In this document: in pieces, positions 56,328-63,998 of the stretch
Position numbering within the stretch: the stretch's first letter is position 1
Layout: each line of letters starts with the position of its first letter
NCBI GenBank assembly: GCA_035264245.1
Contig: DATFQO010000049.1
Span: 1,731-65,730 of the forward strand
Origin: Solirubrobacterales bacterium
GTDB taxonomy: Bacteria > Actinomycetota > Thermoleophilia > Solirubrobacterales > 70-9
Direction of reading: 5' to 3'
Length of the DNA: 64,000 nucleotides
Position numbers and translations under genes: made by a program
Notes under the pieces: generated by a model
What the model saw: the letters and a program-made list of their open reading frames with translations, nothing else
What the model was told of the DNA's origin: nothing
The model's database searches: none

Positions 56328-59300
56328 CGCTCCGTGGCGCGCTTGCCCTTGCGGCCCTTACCGCAATCGGCCTTGAGCGCCGGCCTGCTGTCGCCGATCC
56401 TGCCGTTTTGGCCGTCGAACTCGGCGATCGCCCTGTGGGTCGCCGCACAGAGGTCGGCGCTGTTTTCCAACAGGCCCTTCTTGCCACCCTGCATCGAGAG
56501 CACGAACTTCGTGACCGGGGCGTCGGGGACGTCTTCGAACGTGGTGCGGATGCCGCCGTCCATGGAGTCGATCCGACCCACCAGGTTGACGTCGATCTGC
56601 CCGTGCAGGGCAGCCACCAGGTCCGGTAGCGAGTTATCGGAGGAGCGCAGGTAGACCGGGCCGGCAAGCGGGTAATCGAGCAGCGGGCTGGTGGCCCTCG
56701 CCCTGCCGTAGATCGACCGCTTGGGGCAGCCGCCGCCGTTGCCGCCGCCGGCGGCAAACTGGACCCGGGTACAGATGGTGCGGATGTGGCCCTGGGCCAA
56801 GAACTCCGAGTGCGGCAGGGCGACCGAGGCGCGCTCGACATTGGCACCGCCCAGGGGCATCGTCAGGGTCGCCCGCAGCGCCGGGTGCTTGCTGCGGGTC
56901 GTCCCGCCCTCGAGCGCCAGGGTTAGCTTGGGCTTGAAGGCCAGGGCGCCGCAGTCAGAGGCCTGGAAGCGATCGGAGACGTTGGCTACGTCGCCATTGC
57001 TGGCTTCGATGGCGGCCCTGACCGCTTGCGGTTCGCAGCTGGTCGGGTTGAGGGTGAAGCCGGGCCGATCGACCAGCACTCGCAGGTCGCGGTAGGAGAC
57101 CGGGATGCCGCCATAGATCTGGGGCAGCGGGTCCGAGAGGACCGTGGCCTGGGTGGTGGTGGGATTGATCTGGAGGGCCGAGCGCACCGCAACCGTGCCG
57201 AGGTCGAAGGGACCGGCCTGGGCGGGTACCGAGGCGATGACGCTGTAGGGGGCGGATTTGTAGGGGCCGGCCAGGTAGACGGCGCTGGGGGCCTTCCCCG
57301 GTTGGGGCAGGAAGAGCGGTAGGGAGCCCTCGCCGATACCGGTCTGCACGCTGCCGATGCGGCTGGCAGCCGGACAGGCCAGGGCTGCCGCCTCGGCATC
57401 GGAGCAGACGCCGACGCCGGCGAGCTTTGCCAGCTCGCCCTCGGGCAGGGTGGCGTCGATGCGGGAGATGTTGGGTTGGCCGGAGTCGCGGGTGACCCGC
57501 AGGAGGAGGGGCGAGAAGGCGCCCGCCTTGGAATCGGTGACGCCCGCCCGGAAGCCGGGCGCGAAGCCAGGTGCATTGCAGCCCTGGTCGACGCTGATGC
57601 CGGGTGCGAGCTTGACCGTCTTGCCGTTCCAGCCGGTCAGGGTTGCTTGGGCGGCGTAGGTGCCGCAGGCCTGCGGCGTCGTCAGCGGCGCCCGCGGACC
57701 GGTCTTCAGTTGCATATGCATCGATTCGAAGGGCAGCTGCGGCAGGTCTTCGAACGTGGTCGTCAGCTGGCCGGTCGTCTTGTTCACCACCAGCGAGCCG
57801 GGCAGTTTCACGTCAACTCCGCGCTCGGCCGAATGCAGGACGATCGCGAGCCGGTACATCTGGCCCGATTCGGGGTCCTGCGAGTTCTGGGTCCGCAGGT
57901 AAACCGAGCCGCCGATCGCTTCGGCGAGCAGCGGCGTGTCGACTTCAACGGAGCCGAGTCTCGAGGCTTCGGGGCACTCCGCAGGCCCCTCGCGCCCAAT
58001 CCGCAGTTGCGCGTCAGTGCAAGTGGCGAGCCCGTCCGCGGCCGCGGGGTTGAGGGAGATGCCCCGGGGCATCTCCAGGGAGACGCTTTTCACGTCGGCA
58101 GTGGCGATTCCGTCAGGCCCACTTCCCTGGGGCAAGGTCAGGTCGACTGCAAGACCACTCGCGCTGTGGGCGGAGCCGTCGGTCGGAGCCAGACTTACGT
58201 GGGGTTCGAAGGGAACACTGTCGCATCCAGTGGTCGCCGGCGTGGTGGCGGATCTCCTATGGAGGATATCCGGGTGCAGGTAAGTATCCATTTCCATCTC
58301 CCACCGCAGCGGTTCGCCGGAGCATGAGGTCGGAAGCCGTAACAACGGAGACTTCGAAGCACTGGAAAGTAGGCACCTTTCGCCGCTGGCGCCAGAAAGA
58401 CCCCGAATGCATTGAGGCCGAAGGTCGTCATGGAAGCTGTCGGCGGGGGTGCCCCAGAAAACGGTCTGGATGCTCGTCAGCTGGTCAGCAGTGGCTGCCC
58501 GGACCGTATAGAGATCCACTCCGTAGTCAGAGGGGCGCAATTTGGCCGGAATGATGACGGGCACTCCCTGGTAGTAGAGCCCAAACTCTGCCGGGACCCC
58601 CGCGGAAGGCACCAAGTTGTACATCGGCGTCAGATCCTTACCATTGAGCAGAGCGTAGCCCACCTGACTGTCATCGGGGCAACTCGGTACCTGATTGTTT
58701 TTGGCGTCAGGGTCGTGATTGGAAAACGACAATTGCCCAGCCGTACACCGCGAGCCGGTGGCCGTGGGATCTCCGACGAATCCAACCGGTAGGTGCGTCG
58801 ACAGGTTGCGGAAGCTCTCAGGCGTTGCAATGAAGGTGAAAGCTGGTTCGAGATCCAGCGGCGTTGCGGCATGGCCATAGAACGAGGCCCTAGCGGACAC
58901 TTCGCGTGGATGGGACCCCGCCTGTGCGGTGGGCAGTTTAGGATTGTCGGCGATCGCCATTTCGAAGGCCTTGAACTGGAAGGGGCCAACAGGACCGGTA
59001 TCGAAGCTGAGCGGATAGGTGGCCGGGTTGGATGCTCCGCCGCCGGTAACCTGGACCTCAGCGTTGAGCGTGCTTTCGGCTCCGGCTTCGACAAACGTAA
59101 GGAGCTTGAAGGTCATCAGGTGATGGGGGGCCATGACGCTGGCGTCAGCGGTGCATTCGACTTCCTGAGCGGATGACGTGCAGACGGTGTTTTCCGGCAA
59201 TGCTTCGGAATCGGCGAACGATGAGGCGAGTCCCTCATCAAACGTGTATCGAAGGGTGAGGGTGCCGCTCATCGCTTCATCGCCTTCATTGTGGATGGCG

Positions 59301-59482
59301 ACTATCATTGCCAACCACTTTCCCGGAGTGACCTGGTCCGGAGAAGATCCGGTGATGCTCAGCACCGGCGCAGCGCTGGCAGCGGAAGCGGCGGCGCCAA
59401 AGGCGCCGATCGCAGCCAGTGCTGCCAGTGCGAACGACACGAGGCGACGCGTGACGCGGTTTTGACGGAAGGGTCGGTTCAT
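56324..59482 (-). CDS. large secreted protein B2 (CARDB-like N-domain plus four Cys-pair modules, polybasic tail)
   Basis: ATG at 59482 is preceded by AAGGAGA and gives the signal peptide MNRPFRQNRVTRRLVSFALAALAAIGAFGAAASAASA. An upstream in-frame ATG at 59545 would make an ATGA overlap with the A2 stop. Tail DCGKGRKGKRATER. Confidence 0.8.
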   Translation of the reverse strand: MNRPFRQNRVTRRLVSFALAALAAIGAFGAAASAASAAPVLSITGSSPDQVTPGKWLAMIVAIHNEGDEAMSGTLTLRYTFDEGLASSFADSEALPENTVCTSSAQEVECTADASVMAPHHLMTFKLLTFVEAGAESTLNAEVQVTGGGASNPATYPLSFDTGPVGPFQFKAFEMAIADNPKLPTAQAGSHPREVSARASFYGHAATPLDLEPAFTFIATPESFRNLSTHLPVGFVGDPTATGSRCTAGQLSFSNHDPDAKNNQVPSCPDDSQVGYALLNGKDLTPMYNLVPSAGVPAEFGLYYQGVPVIIPAKLRPSDYGVDLYTVRAATADQLTSIQTVFWGTPADSFHDDLRPQCIRGLSGASGERCLLSSASKSPLLRLPTSCSGEPLRWEMEMDTYLHPDILHRRSATTPATTGCDSVPFEPHVSLAPTDGSAHSASGLAVDLTLPQGSGPDGIATADVKSVSLEMPRGISLNPAAADGLATCTDAQLRIGREGPAECPEASRLGSVEVDTPLLAEAIGGSVYLRTQNSQDPESGQMYRLAIVLHSAERGVDVKLPGSLVVNKTTGQLTTTFEDLPQLPFESMHMQLKTGPRAPLTTPQACGTYAAQATLTGWNGKTVKLAPGISVDQGCNAPGFAPGFRAGVTDSKAGAFSPLLLRVTRDSGQPNISRIDATLPEGELAKLAGVGVCSDAEAAALACPAASRIGSVQTGIGEGSLPLFLPQPGKAPSAVYLAGPYKSAPYSVIASVPAQAGPFDLGTVAVRSALQINPTTTQATVLSDPLPQIYGGIPVSYRDLRVLVDRPGFTLNPTSCEPQAVRAAIEASNGDVANVSDRFQASDCGALAFKPKLTLALEGGTTRSKHPALRATLTMPLGGANVERASVALPHSEFLAQGHIRTICTRVQFAAGGGNGGGCPKRSIYGRARATSPLLDYPLAGPVYLRSSDNSLPDLVAALHGQIDVNLVGRIDSMDGGIRTTFEDVPDAPVTKFVLSMQGGKKGLLENSADLCAATHRAIAEFDGQNGRIGDSRPALKADCGKGRKGKRATER

Positions 59483-59541
59483 GGAAGGGTCTCCTTGGTC
59501 CAAAGTCGAGAAGCCGGTAGTCAGCGCCTGCTCACGACCCC

Positions 59542-61605
59542 TCATCGAGAGGTCCCGAGGCGGGCGGAGGACTCGCGCTTGCGGCCCGCGCGGTGTTTCT
59601 TGCGCTTCACGCAACGCACCTTTCCGTGCCGCTTGAGATGACGTTGGTTTTTGCCGCAGGGCCTCCGCGGCCTGAGGTTGCCGCGAGCGACGGCCCCCGA
59701 AGCGACGGAAGGGCCGAGGGGCGAAGCAGCGGACCCACCCTGACAGGCTTCGCCGGAGCAGGGGCCGACGGGCGTGCCTCTGGGTTCGTCGAATCCACCG
59801 CCGACGCGGGAGTCGTAGAGGTCGATGAAATCATCGGAGTCGGAGGGGACGAGCCGGGAGCGGGTAACGAAGAAGACATCGTCGCCGCTCTTGCTGGCGT
59901 CGGCGAATTCGCTCGGTTCGCTGCTTACGCCCGAACTGACGAGGCTCAACTGGCCGGTGGGGCCATCGTAGGAGTAGACGTCGGGGACACCGTTGGTGTC
60001 CTGCGGAAGCAAGCTGTTCGCGGTGGTAAAGAAAACACGGCCGTCATCGGTGAGGTAGCGCGAGCGAAAACCGGGGGGTTCGACGCCTCCCGAAGCGGTC
60101 AAGGTGGGAACATAGGCGGCTTCCTCCCGAAATTGGAAAAGTTCACCAGGACAGGTGGTGCAGGTCACCGTTCCGGCGTCGTGGTTATAAAGAAAAAGCT
60201 GCCCTCCTGCAACATATGCAAGCCACTTGCCGTCCGGTGACACTCGAGAGTATCCGGGATTTGCTGAGGCGAGTCTCAATACGCGAGACTTGTAGGCTTC
60301 CTCGGCAACACTTCGAATAAAGGTACTCGTACCCGCCTCCAACACTCTGAGGTCGCCGTTATTCTCCTTGGTGTAGACACGGGTTCCGTCATCGCTCATT
60401 CCGACTAGTGCCCCGGTAGTGCCATCGAAGCTCGTAATCGCGCTGCCGCTGTTGGTCAGCAAAGTGAGGTTCGGTTCGTGCTCGGGGTCTGGGCCGAAGG
60501 TCCAGCGATAGAGGTCTGGGCCACCTGCCGTGTCGCCGGGAAGCAAGGGCGACTCGGTGGTGAAGAAGAGGGTTTCGCCATCCGGGGTCATGCCTTCAAA
60601 ATGGACGTTCTGCGCTTCTTCGGCGAAGGCCGGGTTTTCCGACTCCGATACCAGGACGGTATAGCTGTCGTCCACCCGCAGGAAGACCTGCTTGGGGCCG
60701 AACGCCGGGGCCGAAAAGGGGAGTCGGGAGCCGTCTACCGAGATCCCTCCCCTGTAGCTCTCTGGTTCAAGGGTCGAGCCACCTGGCGGCACCGTGCCGT
60801 CGGGGAGAATGCCGGCGAGATGGATGGTTCCTTCGTCCCAGCTATAGGCGTTTTTACTGGCGTTCGGGTATTCGCCTGGGATCGCGGGGACCAGCTGTCC
60901 CGTTGCCGCGAAGCTGAGATGATGGAGATCGGGGGAGTTGCCCCATCCCTCTTCGGCGAGAAAATTGCCAAAGAAGTACTTGATCGGGTCGCCTTCGCCG
61001 GTCTGAGAACCGGTGACGGACTGCAGTTTGCGATCAGCGGTGTCCTCGATATAGAGGTTCATGCGATCAGGGGTATCGTCGACCGCGTCAGGAAGGTCAT
61101 AGGCGCGCGTTAGGACATGGGACATGTCCTCTGAGAAGACCTCGGTGTAGGTGCCAACCCTGACGAGGTTGGCGTCCGGGTTCCCCCTGGGGGTGAGGGC
61201 GTGAGTCGTCCAGCCGGCCGCGCCACGCTCGGAGAAATAGGTAATGCGCCCTTGTGCACCCGATCCTTCGCTATCGGCGAAGCCGATCCGCGATTCGAAG
61301 GCGGCGGCGTTACCGTCGGCGCCAGCGGTTATTCCGCCATTCTCGGCCACGATGTCACCGCCCCCCTTGTCGGCGGGGGTCACGCGCTCGAAGGCGCGGC
61401 AGCCGCCGACCTGCGTCGCGCGCTGGGCAATCCGGATCGCTTCGTTGGCGCACGCCCCGTCAGCGCCGGCAGGCGGGGCGCCGGCCCCAAGCAGAGATGC
61501 GAAGGCGACGGCGCTGGCAAAAGCCAACAGCGCCCCCAACAGGATCATGCTCCGGTGCGTGCCGGATCGGCCAGCCGTGGCTGCGGAAACGTCCCTTGCC
61601 TTCAA
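59542..61605 (-). CDS. secreted PD40/TolB-like beta-propeller protein A2 with Cys-containing polybasic tail
   Basis: TTG at 61605 is preceded by AAGGAG plus a 6-nt spacer. Signal peptide MILLGALLAFASAVAFASLLGA region. VSPDGKWLAYV and DVYSYDG strands. IDLYDSRVGGGFDEP..CSGEACQG plus tail. Confidence 0.8.
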   Translation of the reverse strand: MKARDVSAATAGRSGTHRSMILLGALLAFASAVAFASLLGAGAPPAGADGACANEAIRIAQRATQVGGCRAFERVTPADKGGGDIVAENGGITAGADGNAAAFESRIGFADSEGSGAQGRITYFSERGAAGWTTHALTPRGNPDANLVRVGTYTEVFSEDMSHVLTRAYDLPDAVDDTPDRMNLYIEDTADRKLQSVTGSQTGEGDPIKYFFGNFLAEEGWGNSPDLHHLSFAATGQLVPAIPGEYPNASKNAYSWDEGTIHLAGILPDGTVPPGGSTLEPESYRGGISVDGSRLPFSAPAFGPKQVFLRVDDSYTVLVSESENPAFAEEAQNVHFEGMTPDGETLFFTTESPLLPGDTAGGPDLYRWTFGPDPEHEPNLTLLTNSGSAITSFDGTTGALVGMSDDGTRVYTKENNGDLRVLEAGTSTFIRSVAEEAYKSRVLRLASANPGYSRVSPDGKWLAYVAGGQLFLYNHDAGTVTCTTCPGELFQFREEAAYVPTLTASGGVEPPGFRSRYLTDDGRVFFTTANSLLPQDTNGVPDVYSYDGPTGQLSLVSSGVSSEPSEFADASKSGDDVFFVTRSRLVPSDSDDFIDLYDSRVGGGFDEPRGTPVGPCSGEACQGGSAASPLGPSVASGAVARGNLRPRRPCGKNQRHLKRHGKVRCVKRKKHRAGRKRESSARLGTSR

Positions 61606-61726
61606 CTCTCTCTCCTTGTGTCTCGAGGGCCCCCTGGTGGCCCTTTTCCCTTAGGGCGGCGGCTACCCGAGCCGCCTCCCTTCTCCTGCCATCGCCCGAA
61701 CACCGGCCGTATGGAAAAGCAGCGGT

Positions 61727-61756
61727 ACCCTAGCGAATGATTTGTGGTGATGTCAA
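61727..61756 (-). promoter_or_regulatory. candidate promoter of the A2-B2-A1-B1-C1 operon (TTGACA-N18-TAGGGT)
   Basis: The minus strand reads TTGACA (61756-61751), an 18-nt spacer, then TAGGGT (61732-61727). This implies a ~115-nt 5' UTR containing two short hairpins (61626-61644, 61658-61676). Confidence 0.4.
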
Positions 61757-61779
61757 GGATGAGTTCTGGTTTCCCGGAA

Positions 61780-61815
61780 AAGACTTAATGGTCTTGGCAG
61801 CTCGTCAAGGGGAGG
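61780..61815 (+). promoter_or_regulatory. conserved block AAGACTTAATGGTCTTGGCAGCT-N6-GGGGAGG (candidate TetR operator / leader 5' end)
   Basis: Contains the inverted repeat AAGAC-N6-GTCTT. It matches 50846-50868 at 18 of 23 positions, and GGGGAGG follows in both loci. Confidence 0.4.
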
Positions 61816-61907
61816 GGATCTGCGCTGCAAGCCGGATCGAACGCCGATGGGAGCTCCATTTAGAAGTACCGGTGTACCCTTGAGCACCCACGCCTCCGGA
61901 GGTCGAG

Positions 61908-63218
61908 TTGGCCGGTTATGTTCCGCCCGAAATGGTCACCACGCCCTGGGGAGACGCGAGCACTCTGCGGGATCGCCGCCTCTCCCCGGGACGGGGCACG
62001 CCGCGCGAGGAGGTATGTCAGAACCAGCGCGAACGGCTCTTCGCAGCGATGGTGGCGGTGACCGCGGAGAAGGGGTACGCCGAGACCTCGGTCGCCGACC
62101 TCGTGGAGCTCTCGGGAGTCTCGAGCCGCAGCTTCTACCAGCACTTCGCGGACAAGGAGGAGTGCTTCCTGGCCGCGATGGACGAGATCCTCGGCGGTGT
62201 GCAGGGGCGGACGACGGTCGCGCTGCAGGGGGACGGCGATCAGCGCAAGCGGGTGGAGGACACCGGGAAGAAGCTGATCGAAACGCTGGCGCTGCAGCCC
62301 GCGGCGGCAAGGCTGTGGCTGGTGGAGTCCTTCTGCGCGGGCGAGCGGGCACAGGCGCGCATGAACCAGGCGCTCGACGGCTTCGCCCCGCTGCTGCAGG
62401 CGGTCCTCGACCAGATCCCCGAGCGGCGGGGGATGCCGCCGCAGCTGACCGAGGCCCTGCTCGGCGGCGTCTCCGGAGTGATCTACGGCCGCCTTGCGAA
62501 CGGGAAGGTCGACTCGGTGCGACGCCTGGCGCCGGCCCTCTCAGAGTGGGCGTTGAGCATCCCGCCACCGCCCCATGCGCTGCGCTCACCGGATCGGCGC
62601 AAGCGGATTCCCGGCACGAACCCGCCGCCCTTCGCCGCGCACGTGCCGGGGGAGCGGATCCTGCGCGGCTTCACCTCGGTGGTCGCGGAAAAGGGGTACG
62701 CGGCGGCGACGATCGCCGACACGGCGGCGGCCGCGTCGATCTCCCAGAACACCTTCTACGCGCACTTCCGTGACAAGGAGGACGCCCTGCATGCCGCCCT
62801 CGACTCCAGCGGCGCCCAGCTCGTCGCGGCGACCCTGCCGGCGGTGCGCCGAGCGCCGCCGTGGCCGGCGGCGCTGCGGGTGGCGCTGGAGGCGGCGTTC
62901 GGCTTCCTTGCCGCCGAGCCGGAGTTCGCACACCTGCGCGCCGTCGAGGTCTACGCGATCGGGCCGGAGGCGGTCGAGCTGCGCAACAGGCAGGGCGGGG
63001 AGATCGTGCAGGTGCTGCGATCGATGGCGGCCGATGCTCCTACCGAGATCGCCCCGATCCCGCTCGAAGCGACTCTGGCGGCGGTCAACTCACTCCTCTA
63101 CCAGTGGGTGCGCCACGAGGGCGCGCGCAGGCTGCCCGAGCTGGTGCCGCTGGCGACCTATCTGGTGTTGGCCCCCCTGATCGGGGCCGAGGAGGCCCAC
63201 GAGACCGCCTGCGGGTGA
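61908..63218 (+). CDS. tandem-duplicated TetR family regulator (two HTH plus ligand domains in one chain)
   Basis: TTG start preceded by GGAGG 5 nt upstream. Two TetR_N signatures: RLFAAMVAVTAEKGYAETSVADLVELSGVSSRSFYQHFADKEECF and ILRGFTSVVAEKGYAAATIADTAAAASISQNTFYAHFRDKEDAL. Confidence 0.85.
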   Translation: MAGYVPPEMVTTPWGDASTLRDRRLSPGRGTPREEVCQNQRERLFAAMVAVTAEKGYAETSVADLVELSGVSSRSFYQHFADKEECFLAAMDEILGGVQGRTTVALQGDGDQRKRVEDTGKKLIETLALQPAAARLWLVESFCAGERAQARMNQALDGFAPLLQAVLDQIPERRGMPPQLTEALLGGVSGVIYGRLANGKVDSVRRLAPALSEWALSIPPPPHALRSPDRRKRIPGTNPPPFAAHVPGERILRGFTSVVAEKGYAAATIADTAAAASISQNTFYAHFRDKEDALHAALDSSGAQLVAATLPAVRRAPPWPAALRVALEAAFGFLAAEPEFAHLRAVEVYAIGPEAVELRNRQGGEIVQVLRSMAADAPTEIAPIPLEATLAAVNSLLYQWVRHEGARRLPELVPLATYLVLAPLIGAEEAHETACG

Positions 63219-63224
63219 GCGACC

Positions 63225-63998
63225 TCAGCCTCCTACCCGGCAGTTGCGAATCAGGGTCGAAGACAGCGTTCCCACGGTCCTGAAGGAGAAGCTGGCTCGC
63301 GCCAGCGCAAAGACCGCCCCTGAAAACCCCTCCGGCGCCGGGCAGCCGGCGGAGACGTAGCCCCGCGTCTTCCCCCCCACCTCGAAGCGCCGGTTGAGCG
63401 TCAGCGAGATCCCGGTGACGTAGGCGACGTCGGCGGTGACCGCGGGCAAGGCGGCTCTGAGCACCGTTCCCCAGGTCCCCTTGCCGGCGCGCATGCTCAA
63501 GATCAGGGTGTAGGAGAGGGGGACGGGGAGGGTGCCGTAGACGTGGGCCAAGATCACCGGCCTGCCTTTGTCGATGCCGTTGAAAGCGACGATCTTGCCC
63601 TCGGATGGAAACGGCGATTGTTCGGGGATGAGGACATTGGCGGCGAAGGTTCCTTCGCCGACCTTGGCGGGCCCACAGGCCGCCTGGGCACCGGCCGTGG
63701 TCGAGGGCTGGATCTGGGCGTAGGTGCAGCTCGGAAGGCCTTTGGGATCGATGTGCCCGGCGCGGTTGAGCGCGATCTCGATTCCCTGCAGCTGCGGTGG
63801 CGGAGCGCCGTCGAGGGTGGCGATCCGGCCGCCGACCGTGACCGCGATCGGCGCTGCTCCCAGGCGCGGGAGCGCGGCCGGGCTGATCTTGCCGCTGAAG
63901 GAGACGCGGAGGTTGGCCTTCTGAGCGGTCTCCGCCCGGGCCAGGGGAACAGCTGCTGACAAGAGCACCGCCGCGACGAGCAGAACGGGCCTCCTCAT
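63225..63998 (-). CDS. secreted protein C2 (paralogue of C1)
   Basis: 257 aa with a signal peptide, colinear with C1 (LRV.F.G...P..LPR.G..P..V..GGRI.T.DG..PPQL..IEIA.NR.G.ID..GLP.C...QIQPSTT). The start ATG sits in an ATGA at 63995-63998. Confidence 0.75.
   Translation of the reverse strand: MRRPVLLVAAVLLSAAVPLARAETAQKANLRVSFSGKISPAALPRLGAAPIAVTVGGRIATLDGAPPPQLQGIEIALNRAGHIDPKGLPSCTYAQIQPSTTAGAQAACGPAKVGEGTFAANVLIPEQSPFPSEGKIVAFNGIDKGRPVILAHVYGTLPVPLSYTLILSMRAGKGTWGTVLRAALPAVTADVAYVTGISLTLNRRFEVGGKTRGYVSAGCPAPEGFSGAVFALARASFSFRTVGTLSSTLIRNCRVGG

Noticed and set aside
61626-61676. Hairpin followed by TTTT on the plus strand (AGGGCC-N7-GGCCCTTTT) as a terminator
   Set aside because: No plus-strand gene ends upstream of it. 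It lies in the 5' UTR of the minus-strand A2 gene and is more likely a leader structure.
42731-61907. Classical mobile genomic island, prophage or defence island
   Set aside because: No integrase, transposase, recombinase, tRNA attachment site, phage structural gene, nuclease, helicase or ATPase typical of defence systems is visible. All the large ORFs are signal-peptide-bearing extracytoplasmic proteins.
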